This document shows positions 38,162 to 49,500 of a stretch of DNA of 64,000 nucleotides, piece by piece. The stretch covers positions 1 through 64,000 of the forward strand of contig MEDY01000107.1 of the NCBI GenBank assembly GCA_001724265.1. The letters are read 5' to 3'. The notes under the pieces are model-generated. The model did no database searches. It was not told the origin of the DNA and saw only the letters and a list, made by a program, of their open reading frames with translations. How positions within the stretch are numbered: the first letter of the stretch is position 1; each line of letters opens with the position of its first letter. Both the position numbers and the translations under genes were made by a program. This DNA is from Rhizaria sp. SCN 62-66 (taxonomy: Eukaryota).

Positions 38162-41100
38162 ATGATTCAAATTCTTCATGCAGTGGTGATACCCATTTGC
38201 ATCCTGTTATTTCTTGGTGCGTTTACTCTTATATAACCTACTATTGAACCTTAATTTTGATTTAATTGAGGTATCTCACGTTCACCTTCTTTAAAACGTG
38301 TGAATCTGACAGCTTCAAGTGCACTTGCACTTGGAACAGCCCCTGCTCTCGGTGGGAGCTACACAGCCATCACGCCGCACACAGCGAACACAATCAGCGT
38401 GACCAACACCACTGTCACTATTGATGTACTTCCAAGTACCCTTCAAGTTGGCGGCGCAATCTTAGCGTGTGTCCCAGCCGATTGGGTTGTAGCATCGACA
38501 GGCATCTCATGCATCTCAGCCGTAACAACCGTCGTCATCAACAACACATCATACTTTCAAGACATTGATGGACGACCGTGCCTACGGGCTGTGGTGACCA
38601 GCTCTTCTGCGCGTGCCGGTGACGCAGTTGCGCTGACGTGCTCCCCTCTGACGACTCCTGCAGGCGAGTCCGCCGCCGCAGTTGCCGCAATCGGTATTGA
38701 GTCCGCTGCTGGGGACTTGCTTTACGTCACTGAAACCGCTCGCATTCCCGCAATTCAAGCTCGCAAATTGCTGCTAAACGCAGCAGCAAATGTAGCTCAT
38801 GCACCTCGTGTTACCGGTAGCGTAGCCGTCGGGGGACTTGTGGTTACGCTAACCTCCGTTGCACCAGAGCTATTAGCATTGGGATCGCAAGTGTTATTAT
38901 CTCTTCCAGTAGCAACAAACACAAGCGTTGGCATCAACATTAACGCTGGTGCGGAATGTGAGCTCACTTTTAACGGTGTATCCGTTGCTGGCACTGTCAG
39001 TACAAACGCAACTGCCCTTCACTTCACAACCTCCATCCCCAACTCAACAAGCACGGCCGGGCCTTTGACGCTAAGTTGCACAGATGCGTTGCTCTTTGCG
39101 CGCACCGCAACGGCGGCAACCACAGTCTCCGTCGCAGCACTTGCACCAGTGTATTCGGCCTCGCGTGGACGTGTTGCGGCAAGGACGAATACCACTGTGG
39201 CTGTGTCAGCGCGTGCGGCGGCTGCGCTGGGCGCGACCAACACAACTATCACACTCGCTGGAACACGCATCGGTGACACAGGTGCATGGGAGCTCAGAAT
39301 TGTACCTATAGGCGCCGCACTACAACCTGGTGATGTAGTGGCTGTTGTGTTTCCTGACGGATACAGTCTAACAAGTGACATCTTGTGTGATGTCTCGATT
39401 GAAGGTGTTCCTGTCGCTGTAGCACAGCCATCTGTCAATGGTACACGTGCTGAGTTTACAATGTTGCAACCAGTTGGACCAACGGGGACATTGATTCTTT
39501 CTTGTGATGCCGTGACAGCGCCATCGTCACTTGTGGGAACAACGTCGATTGCAGGTAGTGATCACGTGAGCATTAGCGTGCGTTCGTCCACCGGTGGTGC
39601 TATTGGCACAGCAGCAGCAGCAATGCCTGCATTGCGGGCGCAGCAATTAGGAGACAGCAGTGAGGATGCTGCCGAGGGTTTTAACATTAAAGCTGATATC
39701 CCCATTGTGTTTGCCTTTAACAACCTTGTTGCAGCCGTCAATATAAGTGGCTTTATCCTTGAACCCGGAGCGCGTGTGGGCTTTGATGTCCCAGCAACGT
39801 TCTTACTTGATTCACCGACTCTACCAACTGCATGTGCTGCAGGAATGCCCCTTCTAACGCCGCTAGGTGTCCTCGACCCTTTAGGTATTCCTGTCCCCGG
39901 CATTACAACCACACTATCCAATGTCAGTAATCGCACACGTATCACGTTTGTCACCGCGGATGGCATTGTGGCATCTCTGTTTGCAGCGCCAACGTTAACG
40001 CTCGTCTGCGCAAGTGTACGTAATCCGCGAATGTCGATGACAACACGCACGGACTCGATTGTATGGCTTGAGTCACCCACTGGTGGGCTTGTTGCTGAAC
40101 GCAAAAACGTTCGCCTTGCTGCAATTCAGCCAGCGCTTTTTGACCCGCTGCGCACAACAGCTGTACACAGCAACTCTCTTGCTGGTGGTGTAGGCACGCT
40201 GACTATCACGATGGGTGGGTCGCCAATTCCAATCATAGCAGGTGACCAAATTACGATTTCAATGCCGGGAACATGGGCGTTTGGGGCAGGCAGCAGTCCA
40301 ACAGTATGTTACGCAATCGGGTCATAGCTTGATATTGCTGTTGGGTCAACTGTATCCACACGCGCCGGCACAGCAAATGCTACAGCTCAGCTTGTTTGGC
40401 AAGCAAGTGCTTCAACTGCGGCAGCACACTATCCCTTTGCGGCCGTATTGCGTGTGCAAATCAAATGCTCCAACGTCCGCTCGCCGGTTGAAGGGGTTCC
40501 AGACGACTGCGACGGATTTGTTGCGCAAACAAATGCAAACGCAATATCGATTGCGTCGTCAGCGTTGATGCGTATCACAAAGATCCGGCCTGGTGCGCTA
40601 TCAGTTATTCCTATTGTCGGCACGCTGTCGGTACCATTTCCGACAGCGTTGGGTTCAGTCGACGTTGAACTCTCTGGTTTTGCCCTTTCACTCGCGCGTG
40701 GCGACGTTATTGAACTCACACTTCCGAGCGACTTCACCGCAGAGTCGCCGCGGTGCGCGCTGCTGACACGTTCTGGTGCTGCAGTAGTAAGTGGAACAAC
40801 AACTCAAGCGCAAACAAACAATTCAACAATGTTGCTTAGATTTTCGCTCGACGTCGCCCTCTTTGAGAACTCAACTAATAGCACAGACTTAGTATTGAGC
40901 TGTTCGGGCGTGCGCAATCCGGCGTCTGTCTCCTCTACGCCATCCCCTGCTGTGATGACTGTTCGCACATCCGATGGAACCTCATTGATTTCTGCTAATT
41001 TAGCAACGAACAGTACCGGGCTTACCTCCATAGCCCAGGCATCCCTGTGCGCATGCAATGCAACTCTTCAGCTACCGTTAACAAACACTGTAACTACACT

Positions 41101-44100
41101 CGCCACTTTGCTCACAGTTCCTGTTGCACTGATCGGACCCGCCTACATGCTTGAGCTTGTTACGCCTTCTGAACTAACACTCAACTCTGGTGCTGCAACC
41201 ACATGCGTTGCAACGTACACCAATGGCACGTCTATTGCCGGTTCTACTACCGTTGCAGTAGATACGCGCACAATATCATTTTCAGCCACGAAGGCTGCGA
41301 ATGGCGCTAATTCAGCGGCTGTCAAACTCTCTTGTGCTCAGGTTCGCACACCTCGTGCAGCAACATCAAACTCGACCGCGTTATCTGCACGTATTGTTCA
41401 CAAATCTACTGGAACAATTGTCGGCAATGCAGCCGCTGTTGCGTTAGGGCCAGTATCCGCGGCAACTCTAGGCTACTACACACGCGCGCTTATTCGGTCC
41501 TCTAATTTACCTGCTGCTGTTGGAGACATAACCGCAACTCTTGACTCGTTGTACGTGTCTTTACGAGTCAGTGAGGCGCTAGTATTTGAAGTGCCCAACA
41601 CCTACACAATCTCATCAGGTGGTGCAACATCCTGCGTCCTAAAGCATGCCGGCGTCAATGTAACAGGCAGCACTACTGTAAGCAAGCGAAAGCGGAGAAT
41701 CATGTTTGAGCCATTTACAAACCTTGCAGTGCCCACAGACTCACGTCGCGCAGTAACCGTTCTGTCATGCAACTACATTAGTTCACCGCCAAACCCCGAG
41801 GTAGCGCGTGCAGACGTGCGAGTGTGGACGCAAACAGGAGCGGGTAATATGATCGCGTATACAGAAAGCGCTACGTTACCTGCAGTTGCTGCTCCCGAGC
41901 TTGCGCTTGCTACAGGGTTAGTTTCACTGACCTCAAATCCGCTGCTTGGTACTCGTCTGCTTGTTCGCGCGTCTCCGCTATACTGGCAGTATGTTGAGGG
42001 CTCAATGCTCCGCGTGGTGTTGCCAAGCTCACACTCACTTGGCACTGCGCCATCCTGCTCTGCCACTGTGCATGGGTTAATGGTGCAACCTGTACGCACA
42101 GCTACGCAGTCAGGTACGTTGTATGTACGTTTCCAGTCCGCACTGACGACGCTCCCTCTTATCCCAACTGTCCTCGAAGTCGCGTGCACAGACGTCAGCG
42201 GGTCTGTTGGTGCAATCGCTGGTGCAACAGTGCAAGGTCTTCGTGAAGATGGTCTGGTTGAGGCTCATGTTGTCTCAACAATCTCGAGCAGTGGACTTTT
42301 GCCCATCGCCGCGCTTGTGCCCTCAACCGCTGAGAGCACCCTTGTGTTTTCAGAAACGTCAAGCATTGTTGGTGGTCTAAGTGGTGGCTTGGACTTGATC
42401 AGTCTTTTTGGAGATGCTCTGGGGGCGATATTGCCGTCAATTGTGCCTGGCAACATGACTACAGTTGCAACAATGCTCCCTGCTAGCTTCATGGATGATG
42501 CTGGAGGGCTTGCATGCACCATCAACGGCGTAGCAATCGAAACTGCGGCTGCTGTAGACGGGTTGCTACAACTGTCTGTGCCAGCGGCAGCATTTGACGT
42601 GTCTGGTGCGCTTCTTAAGTGTGTAACAGCTGATGGTGAAGAGCCGGACTTCAGCACGCTTGATCCGTGGGGTGTGTTTATTATTAGCGCGAACGGCACG
42701 GTCACACCTATCGGTAGCACATCGCGCGCGCCGTATGTGCGACTTATTGGCGGTGCATATGCCGCAGCTACACATTCAAACGCTGTCACAAGTGGCACTG
42801 GCGAACTTAATATGCGCATCAAGGCTGTTAACGTTACGCTTGACACAGAGGATCTACTCGTTCTGCATCTACCGCCAGAGCTAAAGCTCTCCTCTTCAGA
42901 GTCAGCTTGTAAAATAACGCATAACGGCATTCGCATGTCTGGGGCATTTACACTTGTAGGCTCGCTGCTGCGCTTCGAGCCTGCCGAGGAAATGCCTCAC
43001 TATGTTGAGCCATTGCGTGACGTGGACTACAACGATGACGGGAGTCGCCGGGCAACAGCAAGTGCCCTTAACATAAGCTCCGCTTATGAAACCGTGATCA
43101 CATGTACTGCTGTGCAGCGCGCACGCGCTGTTCATGGATCACTATCAACAATCGTATTGCAGGCAGTATCATCGGGTGTTGTGATTGCTGAGACACGAGA
43201 AGCAACATTTAACGACCCTGTTGCGATGACTGCAAATACAATGCCAGGTGCAACAGCAGCGTTAATGGTTGTTAGTAACAATACTGCATCAGTGGCAAAC
43301 AATGCTGTAGCGGGTGAACTGCACACTGTTGAGTTTGTTGTCGAAGGTCTACCAACTTCAATCCTTTCAGGTGATCAACTATCTTTGACGCTGCCCCTAG
43401 GGTGGACCTTCTCGCACACATCAACAGAAACGCAGCGCTCGCAGTGTATTGTTGCTACCTCCGTCAATGCCGTGACGGCGTCAAGTAACGCAACTGAAAC
43501 GGATGTAGCACAGGGCGTTGTTACAAGTCGTTTAACTGCGAACAGCATTGTTGTGCAGCTCAACACTACTTTGCGCGAGTCAGCCACAGCAGTGCTGCGC
43601 TGCTCGCTCGTGCGCGCCCCGCCTTTCTCGGCTGTCGAAGACACAGCGGGTGCCGTGAGCTTTTTAGTCGCTGACGGTGCGAGTCGCGCTGTCATGGTTT
43701 ACGGCTCTGGTGTCGCTCGTGTACCACGCGTTCTTGCGCCGCCCTTTTTGGCTCCCTTGCAGATCTCACTTGAAAATGAACAAAACCCGGGATCGGTTGG
43801 CAATGTCAAAGCTCGTTTCACAACCCCCACCGCCGTCTTCACGGGTGACTATCTTGTCATTGAGCTACCTGGTGCATGGAGCCAGTCAACGTCACAAGAG
43901 CAGCCGGTTTATTGCTCAGTGGATAGTGCCGATACAAGTGCGACAACGACAGTATCCGCGTACACAAATATTGCAAGTAGTGCAAATACTTCCCTGTTGG
44001 TTGCAGTCTACATTCCAACGCCGCTTTCCTCGAACGCTGAACATGTCGTTCTTTGCGCAGAGCTTCAACGACCCAATGTGTCGCTTGTCGGTGGACACAT

Positions 44101-46615
44101 TGCAGGGATTACTCTTTACGCAGGGTCTCCTTCCTCAGAAGTGGCGCGTGTAAGCTCAACTAATGCAACAATAGAATCAGTCTACTGGGCTGATTGGGCA
44201 ACAACTGAAGTGGCAAATTGGGGCCCAGCCGTGCTGCTGAATCATGAATACGCAACCGCGGGTGCGGTGGGGACGCTATTGCTGGGTTTTGCCGATTTGC
44301 CCTTCACACTACCCTCTGGGCGTGACATAGCGGTGACACTTGTGCTTCCTACAACATGGAGCTTTAATGCTGGATCAACGCTTGCAAATTCCACGCGCAC
44401 TGAATGCCAACTTTTGCGCGCGCGTATTACGCCAGCGGGTGTTTCAGCAGCGGACTCCGTCGTGAGTGTTAACGCGACTGTGGCGGGGTGGCAGCTGACC
44501 CTTGCCACAGCTGTTAGTGCTAATCAACTACCATTGGGCATGTATTCTGGTGAAGGGATTGCAACAGTTTTTCAATGCACAAACGTGCGCACGCCGACCT
44601 CAATTTCAAATGCATCCATTGCTGCTATTACACTTAGTGTCGACGGATTTGTTGCGTTGAAGACAAGTGGCGCACTGTTACCTGCGGTGACCGCGGCTGA
44701 TATGAGCAATGTTGTGGCAACCATGGTGCCTGCGTCTACCCTGGCAGGTGCTGTGTCAACACTCACAGTCACAATGTATCCGCTTCTTGTTGGCGTTGCT
44801 AACCGTACGCAAGCGTTTGAGTTTGTTGTACCATCTGAGTGGACCACATCTGCGGGTAGCGCCACGGCGTGCTCGCTCTCTGCGGCTGTTAGTACAGCTA
44901 ATGCAACTGCGATTGAAGTTGCAAGTGTGACCACGTTGCCTGCCACCAACGTCGTGCGAGTTATGCCCTATAGTGACATCCCGGCATCAGCCACTGGTGC
45001 GCGCATGCAATGTACATTTATTCGTTTACCACGCAAGGAAACCGCAGCGCGCGCCGATGCAACAGTACGTCTAGTCGACCTGCCCGGCGGCATTTCATTT
45101 GCCTCTATGTCGGCAGCAAAAGTTTCGGCAATTTCTGCAAACAAGCTTGGAGAAACAATCGCTACGCTGCAGCATCGGCCCGGTACCGCGGGTTCCCTGG
45201 GTAATGCCACGCTCACGTTTCTGCCACTGAGCAACCCCGTCACCGTGGGAGGCTCACTGTGGCTACAGCTGCCTGTTAATTGGAGTGCGTCCACTGACGC
45301 GGTGTGCGTGTGTCGACAAGGCGGTGTTACTGTCGTGGGCTTAAGTGGTGCGCGTGTAGTGCAAGGGTACAGCTATCTCGGATTCACTGTAGGCACCAAC
45401 GCAACGCTGGCAGCTGACACGGCCGCAGGCGCCACAGCGTTTGTGTGCACCGGTGTCACAGCTCCCGCTGCGGCTACGGCCGCGCACAGCACTGGTGTTG
45501 CGTGGACTGTTGACGCTAGTGGCGCGCGTATAGATCAGTCTCTAACCGTTTCTGTCGGTGTAATTGCTGACGCTGCAACCTCCGGGGGTGGCAGCAGTGA
45601 CACGGGTGCTGAAGGCACTGGGACCGGCTCCGGCAGTGGCAGCACAAACAGCACCGGGAGTACGGGCAGCACAGATACAGGCGCAAGCTCCGGCTCGGAC
45701 TCTGGCACCGGCTCGGGCTCGAGTACCAACAGCACTGGCAGTGGAAGTAACGGCACCGGCAGTGACACTAGCACTGGCACCGATAGTAGTAACAACGGTA
45801 CTGTAACTGGCGACGGTGGCACATCCACAAACAGCAGCACCCCAATCAGCAACAGCAATAACACCTCAACAACGAACAGTACTGGCACAGGTGGGGGTAG
45901 CACAGCTGGTGGAACGACGGAAGAGTCTGTGGGCACAATTGGGGGCGTAACGCATACGATCATCTTCGCGCAGTCTTCACCGCTTAGCTCCGCCGCAGCC
46001 GCGCTGCACCTGGTGCAATACCGACGCGTACTGCAGAGTTCGATTTCAGACGTGCAACTCTGGCGCATGACATTAAAACTCATTAACGCCACCACTACGA
46101 CGTCATCAACAACTAGATTTGTTACTGCGCCGCGAGTTGCTCGATTCTCTTACTCTGAGACGCGTGAGGTACATGTGACCGTGCTTTTGACACCAGCTAC
46201 TAATGTGCCGCTGGAAAACCTGCGTTTGCGCGTTGACGATCAAAGCACCCTTCTTGCGCAAGCAGCGTATGCGGCACTCGATACACCAGCGGTTTCAGCG
46301 CCGGGCGACGAGGGCGTTATAAGCGTCTCCATCCCTGCAACATGTTTCAACGGTGTTCTGGACAGTGACCAGGGTGAGACGGATGTAGACTGTGGCGGCA
46401 AGACATGTGGACAATGCACCACGACGCAATCGTGCGTACTCAACACAGATTGCAGCTCTAGCCTCTGCCTTAATGATGCTTGCTACGACGCTCTCTCAAG
46501 CAATAGTGTGGTTGCGAAGCCAAATAGTGTTTGGGTGCTTGTTGTCACAGCTCTTTTCACCGCACTGGCGCTGCTACACGGGGCTAATCGCATTGATGAT
46601 ATTGTCCTTAAGTAA
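38162..46615 (+). CDS. Large cell-surface/secreted repeat protein, ~2,785 aa: signal peptide, many ~150-aa beta-rich two-Cys repeats, Ser/Thr/Gly stalk, Cys-rich ETDVDCGG module, C-terminal hydrophobic anchor. One intron and one in-frame TAG (40325).
   Basis: Exon 1 (38162-38216) spliced to 38313 gives the signal peptide MIQILHAVVIPICILLFLASSALA. A recurring pattern G-x-(V/L)-G-x-L...GD...L-P-x-x-W...C...C-x-x-V-R-x-P is present, with many NxS/T sequons. ORFs 38300-40327 and 40448-46615 share a frame. Stop is TAA. Confidence 0.85.
38217..38312 (+). other. Spliceosomal intron, 96 nt, phase 1
   Basis: GTGCGT...AT-rich...CTGACAG. Removal completes a typical signal peptide and supplies the ATG that the downstream ORF lacks. 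Confidence 0.8.
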
Positions 46616-46868
46616 AAGTCAAGGCATAATTTTGAGATTTTATCGGCGTGTAATTCTGTCCATCGGACGGAACAGTGTTTTGCCGCCATCATCATAATAA
46701 ACAAGAATAGTACGGGTAAGCTACACACGAATTAAAATGACGGTTAGTTATGTATGAAGTGCGTATATAGAGGCCAGTATGCAGTTTTGATCGATAACCC
46801 TGTAGAACCGGGCCAGACATTTGCAGCCAAATGCAGCCAAATGCGGAACATGTGCGCAGATGAGCAAC

Positions 46869-47762
46869 TCAGATGGCGACGTCAGGCACGCACTCGACGC
46901 TCTCCCCAGGCGCCGTCACCGCCGCACGCACCTCGGCCAGCGCGGCGGGGAAGATCTGTCCAAACGACATCACGTTCGGCGGCTTATCCGTGCGCCAGCG
47001 GCGCTGCAGTGCGGTGAGAACGATAGCGCAGAGGTCGACGAACGCTTCTTGCGAGTATCCGTGGTGGCCGTAGAACCGGTGCGCCGCGCGCGAGAGCCGT
47101 AGCGTCTCGAACGCAATGTTAATCACGGTAATAGCGTAGGAGAACCACCGCGTGCCCTCCTCGTCGCCGATTGTGGCGACGGAGCGCGCGAGCGTGGGGT
47201 AGCGCCGCGCGAGGCCCAGCAGGGAGTCGAGGCCGAGGAGACCGCCGCCGCGGAAGTCGGTCGCGGGGTCGTTGCCCTGGAAACCAAGCTTGCCCCACGC
47301 GGCGTGCACACGCGCGGGCAAAGGCGTGCCGGGCATCATCAGGTCCCACAGCTGTTGCAGCTGCGCCTCATGCGCGGCGTTGTTGGCGTCGTAGGCCTCG
47401 GAGCGACGCGCCTCGAGCGTCGCCAGCAGGTTCGTGAGACGCTGGATCTGGCCGGCCGCGTTCGCGATCGTCGCCTGCGCGGTCAGAGAAGTCGCGTCAA
47501 GTCCGCTCGCAAGAAGAATGCCCTCAACGACAGTGGGGTCGACGTCGGGGGTGTAGTCCTTGCTGCCGTCGGCGCTCTTAGCAGTTGTGGAGGCAGTCCA
47601 GAGCTTCTTCTTGAACTCCTTCAGTTCTTCGGCGCTCTCAATATGGTCGATGATGTCGTGTGTCGGCAGGTATACAAAGGCGCCCTGTGAGCGTGAGCTC
47701 TTGGAGCAGTAAATAGCGGCGCCAACAGCCACGGCGGCGCCGGCGATGAGAAACCACACCAT
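46869..47762 (-). CDS. ELMOD: ELMO-domain protein (ELMOD family, ARF/ARL GAP), 297 aa, with N-terminal hydrophobic anchor
   Basis: HEAQLQQLW, WGKLGFQGNDPATDFRGGGLLGL (ELMOD signature with the catalytic Arg) and FSYAITVINI. Stop is TGA. Confidence 0.92.
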   Translation of the reverse strand: MVWFLIAGAAVAVGAAIYCSKSSRSQGAFVYLPTHDIIDHIESAEELKEFKKKLWTASTTAKSADGSKDYTPDVDPTVVEGILLASGLDATSLTAQATIANAAGQIQRLTNLLATLEARRSEAYDANNAAHEAQLQQLWDLMMPGTPLPARVHAAWGKLGFQGNDPATDFRGGGLLGLDSLLGLARRYPTLARSVATIGDEEGTRWFSYAITVINIAFETLRLSRAAHRFYGHHGYSQEAFVDLCAIVLTALQRRWRTDKPPNVMSFGQIFPAALAEVRAAVTAPGESVECVPDVAI

Positions 47763-48019
47763 TGCTTTGGAAGCTGAGGACAGGGGAAGGAGGTACGAGA
47801 CCTAGAACGGGTCAGCGCGGAATAAGCAAATTGTGGGATTGAATATCAATGGGTGGAATTTATTCCTGTAAATGAATATGTAACGTTATCGGTCTAAGTC
47901 GTGCTCAGCAATGATTGGTGAGAAGCCCCTTCTCTGATGCCCTTCTCTGATGTGTCAGAAGTGGCCCCAAAATGCGTTTGTGGTGAGCACGCAAAACCAC
48001 TTGAAATATCGTGCGTATC

Positions 48020-48682
48020 TTACTCATACGCCTTGGAGCGATTGTCATCGTTGCGTTCAAAGGGGTTATTTGACTTCTCGTCATGTTTTTCCTCTGCAGG
48101 TCTGGCGTTGCCGTGGTGATCTTTGTTGGGCACGAGTGCCGCAGCCGCTGCCGAGGCCGCCGCCTGTTGCTGCGCAACGAGTCCCTGTGCCCGTGCGTGC
48201 GCTGCGGCATACTCTGAGCGCGCAATCTTGCTCGCGACAGAGTCCCTCAGCGTTGCCTGGTCGATGGCATCCATCTCGATATGCCGGCTGGCGCCGCAGC
48301 ACCCGAAGCACATGTTGAGCACGCCCACGGAACATGTGACGATCGCCACCATGATTTGCCACCAGCGGGCCTGCTGGAGCGCAAAAAAGCCAACCGCAAG
48401 ATAGAACACGCCCAACCCAAACAAAGGAATCATGAAGCGGAACCACTTGAGGAAGGGCTTGATGCGCAGCTCAGCGCAGAGCATCATCGCGCCGAGCGCG
48501 ATCTGGAAGATGTCCGCGATCACCGCCCGCAGGGAAAACTTCATCCCCATCTCAACCAGATCCACCACGGCTGTCGTAATCACGGCGCAAGCGCAGGCAA
48601 TTCCGAGAAACGCGGTTATATACCGCAGCGCGCCGCTTGAAAAGCAGTTTGTGCAGCAACCTTCAGAGTCAGATGCACTCAT
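48020..48682 (-). CDS. Small multi-pass membrane protein, COPI-associated/Tvp15-like, 220 aa
   Basis: Four hydrophobic helices, the motif LCAELR...LKWFRFMIPLFGLGVFYLAVG, and a polar tail with NPF. The family call is from motif memory. Stop is TAA. Confidence 0.7.
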   Translation of the reverse strand: MSASDSEGCCTNCFSSGALRYITAFLGIACACAVITTAVVDLVEMGMKFSLRAVIADIFQIALGAMMLCAELRIKPFLKWFRFMIPLFGLGVFYLAVGFFALQQARWWQIMVAIVTCSVGVLNMCFGCCGASRHIEMDAIDQATLRDSVASKIARSEYAAAHARAQGLVAQQQAAASAAAAALVPNKDHHGNARPAEEKHDEKSNNPFERNDDNRSKAYE

Positions 48683-49500
48683 CCTAAGATGTGGGAAGTG
48701 TCGGAATTTGTTGTGAGATTCTCACTTGAAATACGCACGTGCGCGGATTATAATAATCAAAAGCAAAAGTACATTTTTTTAAGTGCGATTAACATGTTTT
48801 ATTTTCTGTAATGACGATAGTCACGTGAGGAAGTCTCGTTGATTTTTCATGCGAGCCTCGAGGTGCCGCCACCACACGCCAGCAACGCAGTCAGCGCGAA
48901 TACAACGATGAATATCTCTACTTAAGCACAACACGGGATAACCAAGGTTTGTGTGTGCAATCAATGTCGTTTGATTATTTTAAATTTCTTTTTGTAATCG
49001 ATTTTTGTGCTCTTTTCACATTCTTACAAACTTAAAAAAAAATAATTAGACATGACAGATATGGATCGCCAGAAACTGCAAGGGAGAAGTTATATTCCAT
49101 AAATCGATGACTTAAGACGAGAATCAAGAGAGTAGTGCGTGATGATGGAAAATTACACAAGAGAAGGCAAAATAGAATAGATTAGTAAATCTATACTTTA
49201 CAGATGTGCACCATCATGTTCAGACACATTGACAGAACACCGAGCACGATTTCGGCCAAGAGAGATACAAGACAAAGGCTACAGATACTCGTGCAGTGAT
49301 GGCATAATATTCAGGTTTTATTAGTGATTCATCAGTATCAGCGTTTTCTGTGCGTCGTACAAGTGTGAGCAAGGGAACATCTCACCCTCCGCCCACCACC
49401 AAGAACAATAAACACAAGAAGATTAATAACAGAAACAATTGAAGGAGTGAGAGGACTACAAATACCCGCAGCGTAGCCACGACAAGCTTTCACCACCGGC

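Noticed and set aside
47905-47960. Possible C/D snoRNA (ATGATT...CTGA) with CCCTTCTCTGATG repeated twice
   Set aside because: The C box is imperfect, the element is too short and there is no clear terminal stem; a simple 13-bp tandem duplication explains it.
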